Assembly (NCBI GenBank): GCA_965219415.1
Contig: CBDCNP010000002.1
Coordinates: 4,896,001-4,960,000, forward strand
Direction of reading: 5' to 3'
DNA length: 64,000 nucleotides
DNA from: Candidatus Marinacidobacterales bacterium
Lineage (GTDB): Bacteria; Acidobacteriota; Vicinamibacteria; Marinacidobacterales; DATDRI01
The notes below the pieces were generated by a model. That model did not search any database. It saw only the letters and a list, made by a program, of their open reading frames with translations, and was not told the origin of the DNA. Positions 21,726 to 31,300 of this stretch are shown piece after piece. The number at the start of each line of letters is the position of its first letter. The first letter of the stretch is position 1. The position numbers and the translations under genes were made by a program.

Positions 21726-24700
21726 AGACTCCGCCGAAGAGAGCGGGACCGTCAGCGGCGTCGGTGCGCTTGCGGTTGCCACGTTTGAACCTGGACAGGG
21801 GGTTCTGGGCCTCGGATTTGGCGCGGGCGTGGTTTTCGGCGAGCAGGCGCTTGAGCACCTCGCGGTGTGCGGCGAGGCTAATGGTATAGCGGACGCGGTC
21901 GTTCTCGGGGAGGGTCTCGACCTCGTGGAAGTCGTGCTCTAGCTCAAGGTCGTACCAGTCGTACGCATCGCGGACAGCGAGATCAAGCTCAACATGCAGC
22001 CGGCGCAGTTCGAGCAGGGCCTCGTATCCTGCGGCAGCGGTGGCGGCGTCCTTCTTCGAAGCCTTGGCGACCATCTCGGGCGAGAGGTCGCGAGTATGGA
22101 AGAGATTGTAGATCTTGGTCAGGCCGAGCCACAAAGTCTGCATCATCTCCTTGCGGTGCGCGTGGTAACGCTCGCCGAGATCCGCGAGGTTACCGTTGGT
22201 CGTCTGCCAAAGTCCGGCGGGAAAAGCAAACGTGTCGAAGCAGTCAGAGGGCGAATAGCGGAGCCTCGTTTCCAGCGAGCCGCTGTACTTGCGGGCCCAG
22301 ACCTCGTGGAGGGTGGACTGGACCACGGTGAAGAGGTCCCAGCGGTCGGTGGTGAAGACGTAGAGGGCGTCACTAAAGACATAGTCCGTCGGCATCGCCG
22401 AGAAGCTCAGGTGCTTGGTGGTTCGAGCAGCGACGAAGCACACCTTGAGCGAACGAAGATTCTGATAGCACACTTCATTGAATCGATAGTAACGCCACCA
22501 TCGTTCCTTAGCTCTCTCGTTCTTCTGGGCGAGTCTATCGGGCAGGACGTGCGTGCGTAGGTGGTCAACAGCTACGGGCTCATGTGATTCAGCCTCATGC
22601 AATGTTTCATACTGCTCAAGAAAGATGATCTTTCGCTCGGGCATCTGACGAGGCGACGAGTTCACCTCTTTTCCATTCAGTAGGGAACGAATAGCGCCAT
22701 TGGATACACCACGGGTGTAGAGTTCAGCGGATTGATTTTCATCTAGGACGAACCCGTCTCCGAGGTAGATGGTTCCCATAAACATCGCCTCGTAACCCTC
22801 TCGGCACTCTAATGGCTTCCCCGGTTCGTCGTTTTCCTCGAAGAAGGTGTTGATCAGCCCGACCGGCCGGTTGTCGAGCATTCTCGGGCCGCTCCATTCC
22901 CCTTTGTGCAGGGCGAGCAGGGACACGGCGAGGTTCGCCGTACCCGGCCACTTCATGCTGCGAACCGCCATATTGATCTGGGCGCCGGCTGCGACCACCT
23001 GATCCAGACCGTCCTTGCGCACATCGCCATCAACGATGGAGTTGGTGGTGATGATCGCGGTGAAGCCGCCGTCCCGGAGCAGTCCGTGAATGCGGCGAAG
23101 GAAATAGACTACCAGTTCGCTCAGGCCTGTGGGCGCGTATTCCCACTTCATGTACTCACAGAAAGCATGACCATAGGTACCACTGAGCGCCTGCCCGCCC
23201 AGGTACGGTGGGTTCCCCAGGATGCAGTCGAACCCGCCCCGCTCCATGATCTCCGGGAACTCCAGAAACCAATGGAAGAAGCGCCTCTGCTCGCCCAGTG
23301 AACGGGCGGCGTCGGCGCCTCGCCCCTGCGGCGTCAGCTGGCCGCGCCAGTAGCTGCGGAACTCGCCATCGGTGACGAGCTTCGCCTCGTTGCCGGGCAC
23401 CTTTTGGATGTAGAACTGCGCCACAGGGATGTCCGCGATGGTCCGCAAGAGGCCCGCGTGCTCGCCCTGGGCGAAGGTGGCGAAGTGTTCCTTTTTGGTG
23501 TCGATCTGGGCGGGAGTCTTCTCTGGCAGGGTTGAAAGCGACTGCCACTCTTCGAGCACCGCATCGAGGTGGCCACGCAGCTCGGGGGTGAAGTCGAGGG
23601 GCACCTGCATCTGGTGCTTCAGATCCTCCTTGTTCTTCTTACGGTAGGCCGCCGCGACTTGCTTGTCGTCGCGGGGCAGCGTCTTGAAGGCCTCCGTCGG
23701 CACGCCCCGCCCCAGCTCCTCGCGGCGTGCGAAGCCGACGATGGCGTTGCCACACTTGACGTGGTGGTCAAGGAAGTTGAGGGGCTGACCGGGGATGTGC
23801 GCCTCGAGCCACAGGGCCACCTTGCACAGCTCCACCGCCAGCGGGTTCATGTCCACGCCGTAAATGCAGTGGCGGATTGTATCGCGCAAGGCGACACGGT
23901 AGGACGGCGGCGAGGGTTGCTCTTCGCCGGTGCGCACGACCGCCAGCTCGGTGGCGATGCGCCGGGCGGCAGCGAGCAGGATGTGGCCCGAGCCGCAGGC
24001 GATGTCGGCGACCCGCAGGTCGAGGAGGGCGGCCTCGGGGTCATCGGCCTCGCGGCGCTCAGCGATCAGATGGTCGAGCGAGTGCTGGATCAGTGGCTGG
24101 ACGAGGTCGTCGGGCGTATAGTGGGTGCCGGTGGCGGCCCGCTCGTCGCCCCGGCGAAATCTGAAGCGCAGCTCGCACCCTTCACCGGTGAATTCCGGCT
24201 CGTACTCAAGTAGGCCCTCGTAAACCGAGCCGAACTCCTCGACGTTAAGGGCGGCGTAGTTGACGCGGATGAGCTGGTCGCTGTCCGGATGCCGGTAGAG
24301 ACCGAGGGACCGTAGGCAGCGGAGGAGCACGTCGTTGCCGAGGGCGCAGCCGGCGAGCGATGCCACTGCCTTGGCTGAGAAAAGATCGCCTGCCAGGGAC
24401 GCGATGCCGAGCCTAGCACCCGGGCCGTCCGCCTCGAAGAGACGGAAGCATGCCTTGAGCGCGAGCCAGAGGTCGCGGCGGCGCGGGTCGGCGAGATAGC
24501 GTTTCTCCGAGAGACGTCGCAGGCGGGCGACGCTGTAGAAATCGAGGTAGACGTCGCGCTGCACCCTCGGTATGTCGGCCCGGAAGACCAGGTCGCGCTC
24601 CTCGATTACCATCAGGAAGAGCAGGCGGTAAATGAGACGCAGAAGCTGCTGATAGTAATCACCGGCCGACTGCTCGCCGTTGGCAACTGTAGCCCGAAGG

Positions 24701-25488
24701 TCGTCGTTGTCGGGGTGCGAGAGGAAACCGCTGCCGAAGTCGAGGATCGCCTGCTCGACTGCGTTGCTTAGCCCTTCGCGGATGCGGGCGCCCTGGTCGA
24801 GGGAATCCTGATGGTAGCGCTCGATCAGGCTCTCTGCGGCGTTTTCGTTAGTTAGCGGCAGGCGGGTGGCATGGAGCAGCCGATAGAGGATGGCGTAGTC
24901 GGCAAAGAGGCCGTCGACGAAGATGCGGTCGAGATCGAACTCGAGGTAGCTCTGCTTGACCAGCCGTGAGCTGTCGCGGAGCAGCCGCAGCACGTGACCG
25001 TCGGTGACCAGGCCATAGAGCTGATCGTGGAGGTTGAGGAACTCCTGCACCAGCGCATGGGCCGACATACGGCGGGTGGCGTTGGCGGGCTTCTTGTCGA
25101 GGCCGGCCGGGTCTCGGGCTCCGATGATCTGCATGGGGGTGTTCGCCCGGTTGGTGGCGCGATGGCTAATGGCAAAGATCCGTCCATCGAGTTCGGTGCC
25201 GCGGGGCTGATACTCGATGTCGTAGCGGAGCAGCCCCATCAGAGGGACTATCCATAAGTTGCGGGTTTCGGTGGTGGCGTTGCTGCTCTCCTTCACCGTA
25301 TCCAGCTTGCGCTGGAAGATGCGCCAGTAGTCCTGGGCGTCGGCCCAGGAGCGGGCTATCTCGTCCTTTACTTTGGTGCCAGCGTTGAGGTCGAAGTCGG
25401 ACGACCGTTGTCCGGGAAGTTCTTCGATCTGTCCGAGGATGTCGGGCGAGAGGATAGCGCCTTCGATACGGATGCTCGGATAGTTCAC
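21721..25488 (-). CDS. Large N6-adenine DNA methyltransferase (Eco57I/DrmMI-like) with C-terminal target-recognition region
   Basis: 1255 aa; GSVYEGLL, TGTHYTP, DIACGSGH (motif I), GNPPY (motif IV), RLRYSPSDCFDTFAFP. Confidence 0.9.
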   Translation of the reverse strand: MNYPSIRIEGAILSPDILGQIEELPGQRSSDFDLNAGTKVKDEIARSWADAQDYWRIFQRKLDTVKESSNATTETRNLWIVPLMGLLRYDIEYQPRGTELDGRIFAISHRATNRANTPMQIIGARDPAGLDKKPANATRRMSAHALVQEFLNLHDQLYGLVTDGHVLRLLRDSSRLVKQSYLEFDLDRIFVDGLFADYAILYRLLHATRLPLTNENAAESLIERYHQDSLDQGARIREGLSNAVEQAILDFGSGFLSHPDNDDLRATVANGEQSAGDYYQQLLRLIYRLLFLMVIEERDLVFRADIPRVQRDVYLDFYSVARLRRLSEKRYLADPRRRDLWLALKACFRLFEADGPGARLGIASLAGDLFSAKAVASLAGCALGNDVLLRCLRSLGLYRHPDSDQLIRVNYAALNVEEFGSVYEGLLEYEPEFTGEGCELRFRFRRGDERAATGTHYTPDDLVQPLIQHSLDHLIAERREADDPEAALLDLRVADIACGSGHILLAAARRIATELAVVRTGEEQPSPPSYRVALRDTIRHCIYGVDMNPLAVELCKVALWLEAHIPGQPLNFLDHHVKCGNAIVGFARREELGRGVPTEAFKTLPRDDKQVAAAYRKKNKEDLKHQMQVPLDFTPELRGHLDAVLEEWQSLSTLPEKTPAQIDTKKEHFATFAQGEHAGLLRTIADIPVAQFYIQKVPGNEAKLVTDGEFRSYWRGQLTPQGRGADAARSLGEQRRFFHWFLEFPEIMERGGFDCILGNPPYLGGQALSGTYGHAFCEYMKWEYAPTGLSELVVYFLRRIHGLLRDGGFTAIITTNSIVDGDVRKDGLDQVVAAGAQINMAVRSMKWPGTANLAVSLLALHKGEWSGPRMLDNRPVGLINTFFEENDEPGKPLECREGYEAMFMGTIYLGDGFVLDENQSAELYTRGVSNGAIRSLLNGKEVNSSPRQMPERKIIFLEQYETLHEAESHEPVAVDHLRTHVLPDRLAQKNERAKERWWRYYRFNEVCYQNLRSLKVCFVAARTTKHLSFSAMPTDYVFSDALYVFTTDRWDLFTVVQSTLHEVWARKYSGSLETRLRYSPSDCFDTFAFPAGLWQTTNGNLADLGERYHAHRKEMMQTLWLGLTKIYNLFHTRDLSPEMVAKASKKDAATAAAGYEALLELRRLHVELDLAVRDAYDWYDLELEHDFHEVETLPENDRVRYTISLAAHREVLKRLLAENHARAKSEAQNPLSRFKRGNRKRTDAADGPALFGGVS

Positions 25489-28349
25489 GCCGAGACCTCC
25501 GGCAGCAGGATGTACATTCCCATCAGGTCCATGGGCAGGACCGGGTAAACGACTTGGTAACGCTGCTTGTCCATCAGCGCACTGAAGCGTTCGTGGGCAG
25601 CGACGAGGCGTTTGGACTGCTCCTCTGCCAGTTCGTTGAATGCCTTATCCAGCCGACCGAGGAGGCCCAGTTCGTTCTCAAGGAAACTCGCCCGAGCTTC
25701 CGGACTGAGGTTGCTGCTCGCCCAGGCCTCGCGCAGCAACGTCCGCGCCAGACTGTGGTCGAGGTGCTGCCGGTCGTCGGGGGTGCCCCGCCAACCCCAG
25801 AGGAGCATCTCCTCCGCGACGATCTGGTGGCCTCCCTTGCGCTGCTCGATGACGTTGCGGCAGCGGAAGAGGAGCAGCGTGGTCTTGATCTCGACCCGCT
25901 TGGTGCGGATGACGGCGGCGCGGGCCGCACGCTTTCCCTCGCGGGCGACGGTATTAGCCATGACCAGCTGGCAGAGTTGCTCGACAAAACGGTGATTTCT
26001 ACCGAGGTAGTGATAGCCCTCTGGCGTGGGGGAATCGAAGCTAACCTTAACGAGCTGGCCCTCGGGCAGAAGGCTACCGAGCTGGGGCGGCAGGTTGCCG
26101 GTGACAATGCCAAAGCCCTTTTTCTCGGTGGTGACCTGAACGCCGAATAGGTCGGTAAGCGCGCCGGTCACGAAGTCCTTCACCGCACCTGGATCGCCGA
26201 TAGCCTCGTCCAAAACGCAAAGGTCCTCCTCGATTTCCTCTGCCTTGATGGTGTTCTGCGCGAAGATGCTGCGGGAGGCCTTCTCGCGCTCGGCGGCGTC
26301 GTCGATCTTGCGCGTGATACTCTTCTTGGCCTCGGCGGCCTCGTCGACGTCGCTGAAATCGAAGAGCGTGCCCTGTTGTAGCGATTGGCGCGTTTGGATG
26401 CGGCGATCGGGGTTCAGGAGCAGCGACTGGGTGATGGTGTCGATGATGCTCTGCGAGTCCTCTGGAAAAGGCACGTTGATACCGGTGGTCCGCTTGATCT
26501 CACGCACCTTGCGCAGCAACACGTCGAGCACGATGCCGTCGATGGGGTTATCGGCGCCGTAGAGGAGGCAGGCTTTGACCTCGGGCGCCTGCTGACCGAA
26601 TCGGTCGACGCGCCCCTCTCGCTGCTCGAGACGGTTCGGGTTCCAGGGCAGGTCGTAGTGGAGAACAGCGGTAAACAGGTCCTGCAGGTTGATCCCTTCG
26701 CTCAGGCAGTCGGTGGCGATTAGGATGCGCGGTCGGTCACCGGCCATCCCCTCGATGCGCTGTTTGCGCAGGTCGTCCGGGTCTTCACTGGTGACGACCT
26801 GCAGGTCCAAACGCGGAATCTTCGCCGTCAGTAGCGGGGATAGATGCTCGCCCATATAGTTGGCAGTCTCGATGTAGCGGCAGAACACCACGGGGTTGAA
26901 GCCACTCGAAATCCAGTCCTCGAGCACGATGGACGCAGCGTAAAGCTTCTGGTCGTTGTCGGTTCCGGAGAAAGCTTCGAGCCGCTCGGAGAAACTCCGC
27001 AGCTGTCGGCGTTGGTGATCGGTCCAGTCTCCTTGCTGCATGACCTGGGTCGGCGCGATGTCGGTCTCCACACCGAACTCCATGTCGCCGACCGGATTGA
27101 GGGCAAGGTGGCCTTCGTCGGTCGTAGCGTCATCGGTCTCCATCTCCACCAACTTGTCAAGGCGGGTGGCGAGCATCTTCACTCCGGCGCCTGGGCTGGA
27201 CATAACGCCGCGAAGCAGGCCGAGCGCCGTCCAGTAGTGGACGCGTTTCTTCTTCTGCCCAGAATGTCCGGACGCAACCAGCTTGCGGGCGAAATCCAAC
27301 ACGTCGTTGAAGAACTCGGCGTAGGCTGGCGACAGGTCGTAGTTCCACTCGATGGTGTCCCGGTCGGGGAAGGGTGTGTCCTCCCCCATCCACTTCTCCA
27401 CGTCGGCTCGCTTGCGCTGGACGAAATGCCTGGCCAGGGTGCGGCGCTCGGCCTGGCTGGAGCTCGGCAGGTCGAGCGTCTCGAAGCCGGTTTTGAGCAA
27501 GCCCAGCAGGGAATGGAACTCTTCCGGCTTGCCACTGTGGGGCGTTGCCGTGAGCATGACCAGATGCTGCTCGGGCTTGTCCGCAAGGTCGCGCAACAGA
27601 TGGTGACGCTGCTGCTGCGCCTTGGAGGCGCCGGCAGGGCGTGTGCACGTGTGCGCCTCGTCGACGATGACCAGTCCCGGGCACTGTTCGACGAACACCG
27701 CGCGGCGGCTGTCCGCCTTGATGTAGTCGATGCTGATGATCTGGTATGGGTAGTAATCGTAGACGCTCGTGTCTCCCTGGATCATCCGGTCCAGTCTCGC
27801 CTGGGTGTTGGAACGGATGATGACTGCCTCGATGCCGAGCTTAGCGCGGAGCTCCAACTGCCACTGGTCACAGAGGTGTGGCAGGCAGATCACGGCGAAG
27901 CGCTTCACTTGAGCGCGCTCCATCATCTCTCGAACGATAAGCAGTGCTTCCACGGTTTTGCCTACGCCAACATCGTCGGCGATCAGCAGCCGGACGATGT
28001 CCTGCCGCAGGGCCATCACCAGCGGCACGATCTGGTAGGCACGCGGGCGGAACGAAAGCTTGGCTAGGGCCCGGAACGGTCCGGCCCCATTGCGGAAGGC
28101 TAGGCGGGCGGCATCGTAGAGAAGGCGGGCTGTCGAGATGTCGCCAAGATCCTCGGCGACGGGAGACGCGAAGCGGGCATCTTGTGGGATGTCTTCCGGA
28201 ATTTCGAAAGGAAGGTAGATTCCGGTAGTCTCGTCGTCGGAGCCGCCGAGCGGTTTGACCACGACCACGTCGAGGGTGTCCGACGGCAGCACGACCCAGT
28301 CGCGACCGCGCAAGGAGACGAGCTTACCCGGTTGCAAAGACGTACTCAT
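25485..28349 (-). CDS. SNF2-family helicase (DrmD-like)
   Basis: 954 aa; LIADDVGVGKT, DEAH, LTATPHSG, SEGINLQ, WNPNRLEQREGRVDRFGQ. Confidence 0.92.
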   Translation of the reverse strand: MSTSLQPGKLVSLRGRDWVVLPSDTLDVVVVKPLGGSDDETTGIYLPFEIPEDIPQDARFASPVAEDLGDISTARLLYDAARLAFRNGAGPFRALAKLSFRPRAYQIVPLVMALRQDIVRLLIADDVGVGKTVEALLIVREMMERAQVKRFAVICLPHLCDQWQLELRAKLGIEAVIIRSNTQARLDRMIQGDTSVYDYYPYQIISIDYIKADSRRAVFVEQCPGLVIVDEAHTCTRPAGASKAQQQRHHLLRDLADKPEQHLVMLTATPHSGKPEEFHSLLGLLKTGFETLDLPSSSQAERRTLARHFVQRKRADVEKWMGEDTPFPDRDTIEWNYDLSPAYAEFFNDVLDFARKLVASGHSGQKKKRVHYWTALGLLRGVMSSPGAGVKMLATRLDKLVEMETDDATTDEGHLALNPVGDMEFGVETDIAPTQVMQQGDWTDHQRRQLRSFSERLEAFSGTDNDQKLYAASIVLEDWISSGFNPVVFCRYIETANYMGEHLSPLLTAKIPRLDLQVVTSEDPDDLRKQRIEGMAGDRPRILIATDCLSEGINLQDLFTAVLHYDLPWNPNRLEQREGRVDRFGQQAPEVKACLLYGADNPIDGIVLDVLLRKVREIKRTTGINVPFPEDSQSIIDTITQSLLLNPDRRIQTRQSLQQGTLFDFSDVDEAAEAKKSITRKIDDAAEREKASRSIFAQNTIKAEEIEEDLCVLDEAIGDPGAVKDFVTGALTDLFGVQVTTEKKGFGIVTGNLPPQLGSLLPEGQLVKVSFDSPTPEGYHYLGRNHRFVEQLCQLVMANTVAREGKRAARAAVIRTKRVEIKTTLLLFRCRNVIEQRKGGHQIVAEEMLLWGWRGTPDDRQHLDHSLARTLLREAWASSNLSPEARASFLENELGLLGRLDKAFNELAEEQSKRLVAAHERFSALMDKQRYQVVYPVLPMDLMGMYILLPEVSA

Positions 28350-31300
28350 CGAACCTTCCTGAAGATGTCGGGACGTTGGGCAATCTTGGCACCGAGGTCC
28401 TCGCGGTACTGCCAGGACCAGACCTCGTCGCCACGAGCAATGATCAGCTGCCGCTGTTCTTCATCGCGCTTGCGCACCTGCAGCTCGTCGTGGGGCGATC
28501 CGTCGCAGAAGACCCAGATCCGTGGCTCGTAGTAGAAGTCCGGCTGGCAGTAGATGCCCGGCACGCGCTTCTGGACGGCGTCGGGCAACCGAAGTCCGTT
28601 CCGGTAAAGGTGCTCGATGAACGCGCGCTCGGTCGACGAGTTGGGATCGATGTGGCGGAGCATGTGCTGGTACTGTTCCTCGTAGTCCTTGAAAGTAGGG
28701 CTTGCGTGGATCTCGATGTCGGCCAGCCCGAGTTTGCCTAGCGCATCACGGATCAGGAATCGGTCGAGCCGTTGGTGGTCACGCTGATTGTAGTAACTCA
28801 TGAGGTCGTCGTAAGACGCCGGTGCTTTGTATTTGTCATCGTCGAACCGGCAGACCTGCTCGGCCGTCTCGATGACCTTTCGGAAGGTCTCCATGTCCTC
28901 GACGAACTGGGAGAGAATCCCCAGGCTCCCCTCGGCCGCCTCGTAGAGGAGAATGTTGGGGCACTCGGGATCGCCGATAGTGCTCACGCCGATCTCGCTC
29001 GGTTCGACCTGGAACACGGATTCGATTGCACGCTTCAGGGCGTGTTGCAAAGTGATGACGCCATCGGGTTCCAGGCCTAGGGCCTGGATAGGCTCGATGT
29101 AGAGCGCGTCGGCGAGGTTGGATGTCCAGAGCTTGATGATGCGGTATTCCTCGCGTGCATCGGGATCCGGTTCCGGCATCGAGCTGCGCCAGTTGCCCGA
29201 GGTCATCCCTATCGGAAAGCCATCGGTCTTCTGGGATCGCCAGCCCTTGTTCAGGCTGACGAGGCGCGCTGCGGGAATGAAGCGAAGATTGAGCAGGTGG
29301 CTGTCGCCTGACCGCGCCACGGCCGAGCGAATGCTCGCGAAATTTCCGCCGTCGACATGGAAGAACGATTCGATTTGGTAGCCGCGAGAGATGCGTTCCT
29401 CCTCCTCGCAGGTGATACGGGCTGTTTCTTCGCCCCGCGACTCGGTCATTTCGAGCAGGTCGTGCAGATGCTCCTTGTTGGCGTTGTCGCTCAGATCGAG
29501 GCCGGAGAACGGGCAGACTTCCAGATCTCTCTGGTCGCCCGTCAGGAAGTAACCGGCCCGCTTGCTGATCTTCGCTTCCGTAAGCGACGACTCCGCGTCC
29601 TGGATAACCAACTGCGAGACCCGGTGTTTGCGTCCGTTGTGGTAGATGACGTTGCGTGGGCCGAATTCGCGCAGGGCGATGGAGCGCGGGCGCGATATGT
29701 ACTCGCCTGCGGTGCTGCCGGTGGGTACGAAGATCCGCAGTGGCAGACGTGTGAAGTTGTAGCCCGGGAGGAAGCCTTCGGCGGCCAGGTAGCGGTAGGG
29801 GTAGAACTCGCTGAGCTCCGTGGAGCCACCATGGTCGTCGTTTCGTAGCAGGTTGAGCTGTCGGTTGGCCTGATCCTGCTGCCGCTTGTATCTTCTGTAG
29901 TCGTCGCTTCCCACCTTGAGACGGCCCGACTCGATTGGCTGCGTAGCGCGGGTCAGGAGCGCTCGGGCGGACTGGTATATCTTACGCCAGCGGTCCATGG
30001 CGCTGTCGAGGTGCTCCGCGAGGCTGCTCAGGTTCTGGTCGACCCAGTCGTCCGTGTACCAGGCGTTGGATGTCCCCTGCAGTTCCTCGGCGAAGTCGGC
30101 GATCACGCGCCGGAAGGTCTCCTTAATGGAATGAAAGGTCGTCGGACCGATCTCCAGCCCTTCGACGACGCCGGGAGAAAGAGGCATCGCCGGGTCGCCG
30201 TCCGCGATAAGCCGCATCAGGGACGGCTGTTGGCCGTCTCCGGCTTCCAGCCCAGGCAGGCCGATGGCGCTGATGGCGAGGGCATGAAGGTGCGTGACCA
30301 GCAACTCGCGGTTGCATAGGTCGATGCGCGGCGACTGGACGGCCCCAGCCACCAATTCAGCCTGGTCCTGAAAATAGTGACGGTCGTGGGCGGAGAATCC
30401 CGAGCAGTAGGTGAAGACGAGAGCCCCCTGGCCGCTTCGACCCGCCCGGCCTGAGCGCTGCACGTAGTTGGCCGCGTTAGGGGGTGCGTTTCGCATGTGA
30501 ACGACGCTTAGACCTCCGATGTCTACCCCAAGCTCCATGGTGGGCGAGCAGAACAGGGCGCTGATCGACTCGCTGCGAATCCGGCTTTCGTCGAGGACCT
30601 TTCTGGACTCGTCGAGATACCAGTCCGCCCGGAAGCGATTCTCTCGGTCCTGTCGTGTGGCCACACCAAGCTGCGCGGTGTGGTCCCCTGCGGCCAACCG
30701 CTTGCTCTCAGAAAAGTCCCGCCGATAGATCTCGCGAAAGAAGGCGTTTGGGGTCGGCTTCTGGTCCTTGTATGAGCGCCGCTTGATCGGGTCCGACCTG
30801 ACAGTCTCGCCGTCGCCGAGTTTCCACAGGATCTTCTCGATGCGAAGACGGAATACCGGAACCTCTTCATTGTTCGCGTTCTTGGCGGTTTCCTCGAAGA
30901 GGTAGTCGGCGTCCTTCAACTTGCGCATCAGCCGCAGGATGAAATTACGGTAGTGGTTGCCCCGAAGAACATTCAGATCGACTCCGGCCTGCTGCGCAAC
31001 GTGCTTGATGTACTTCCCGAGCGAGCTCGCCTGACCCATGCTCTTGTTGGAGAGGCGTACCCTTCGATGCAAGGGATCGAGGCGAATGACGGACGGTGCC
31101 GCCAGTTCCTCGTCCGGGTCGAGCGTCCACGGCGCCTTCAGTTGTTCGCGAAAGCGTTTCTCGAACTCCTTGAGCCGGCTCGGAACCAGGTAGTTCTCGC
31201 TGTGGATGGCGTACTCGAGGCGGAAGTAGTCGAGGACGGTGGCCAAGAACTCGCGGCGTTCGGGATATGCGAGGGTGTTTGCTATCTCGAGGTCTGCCCA

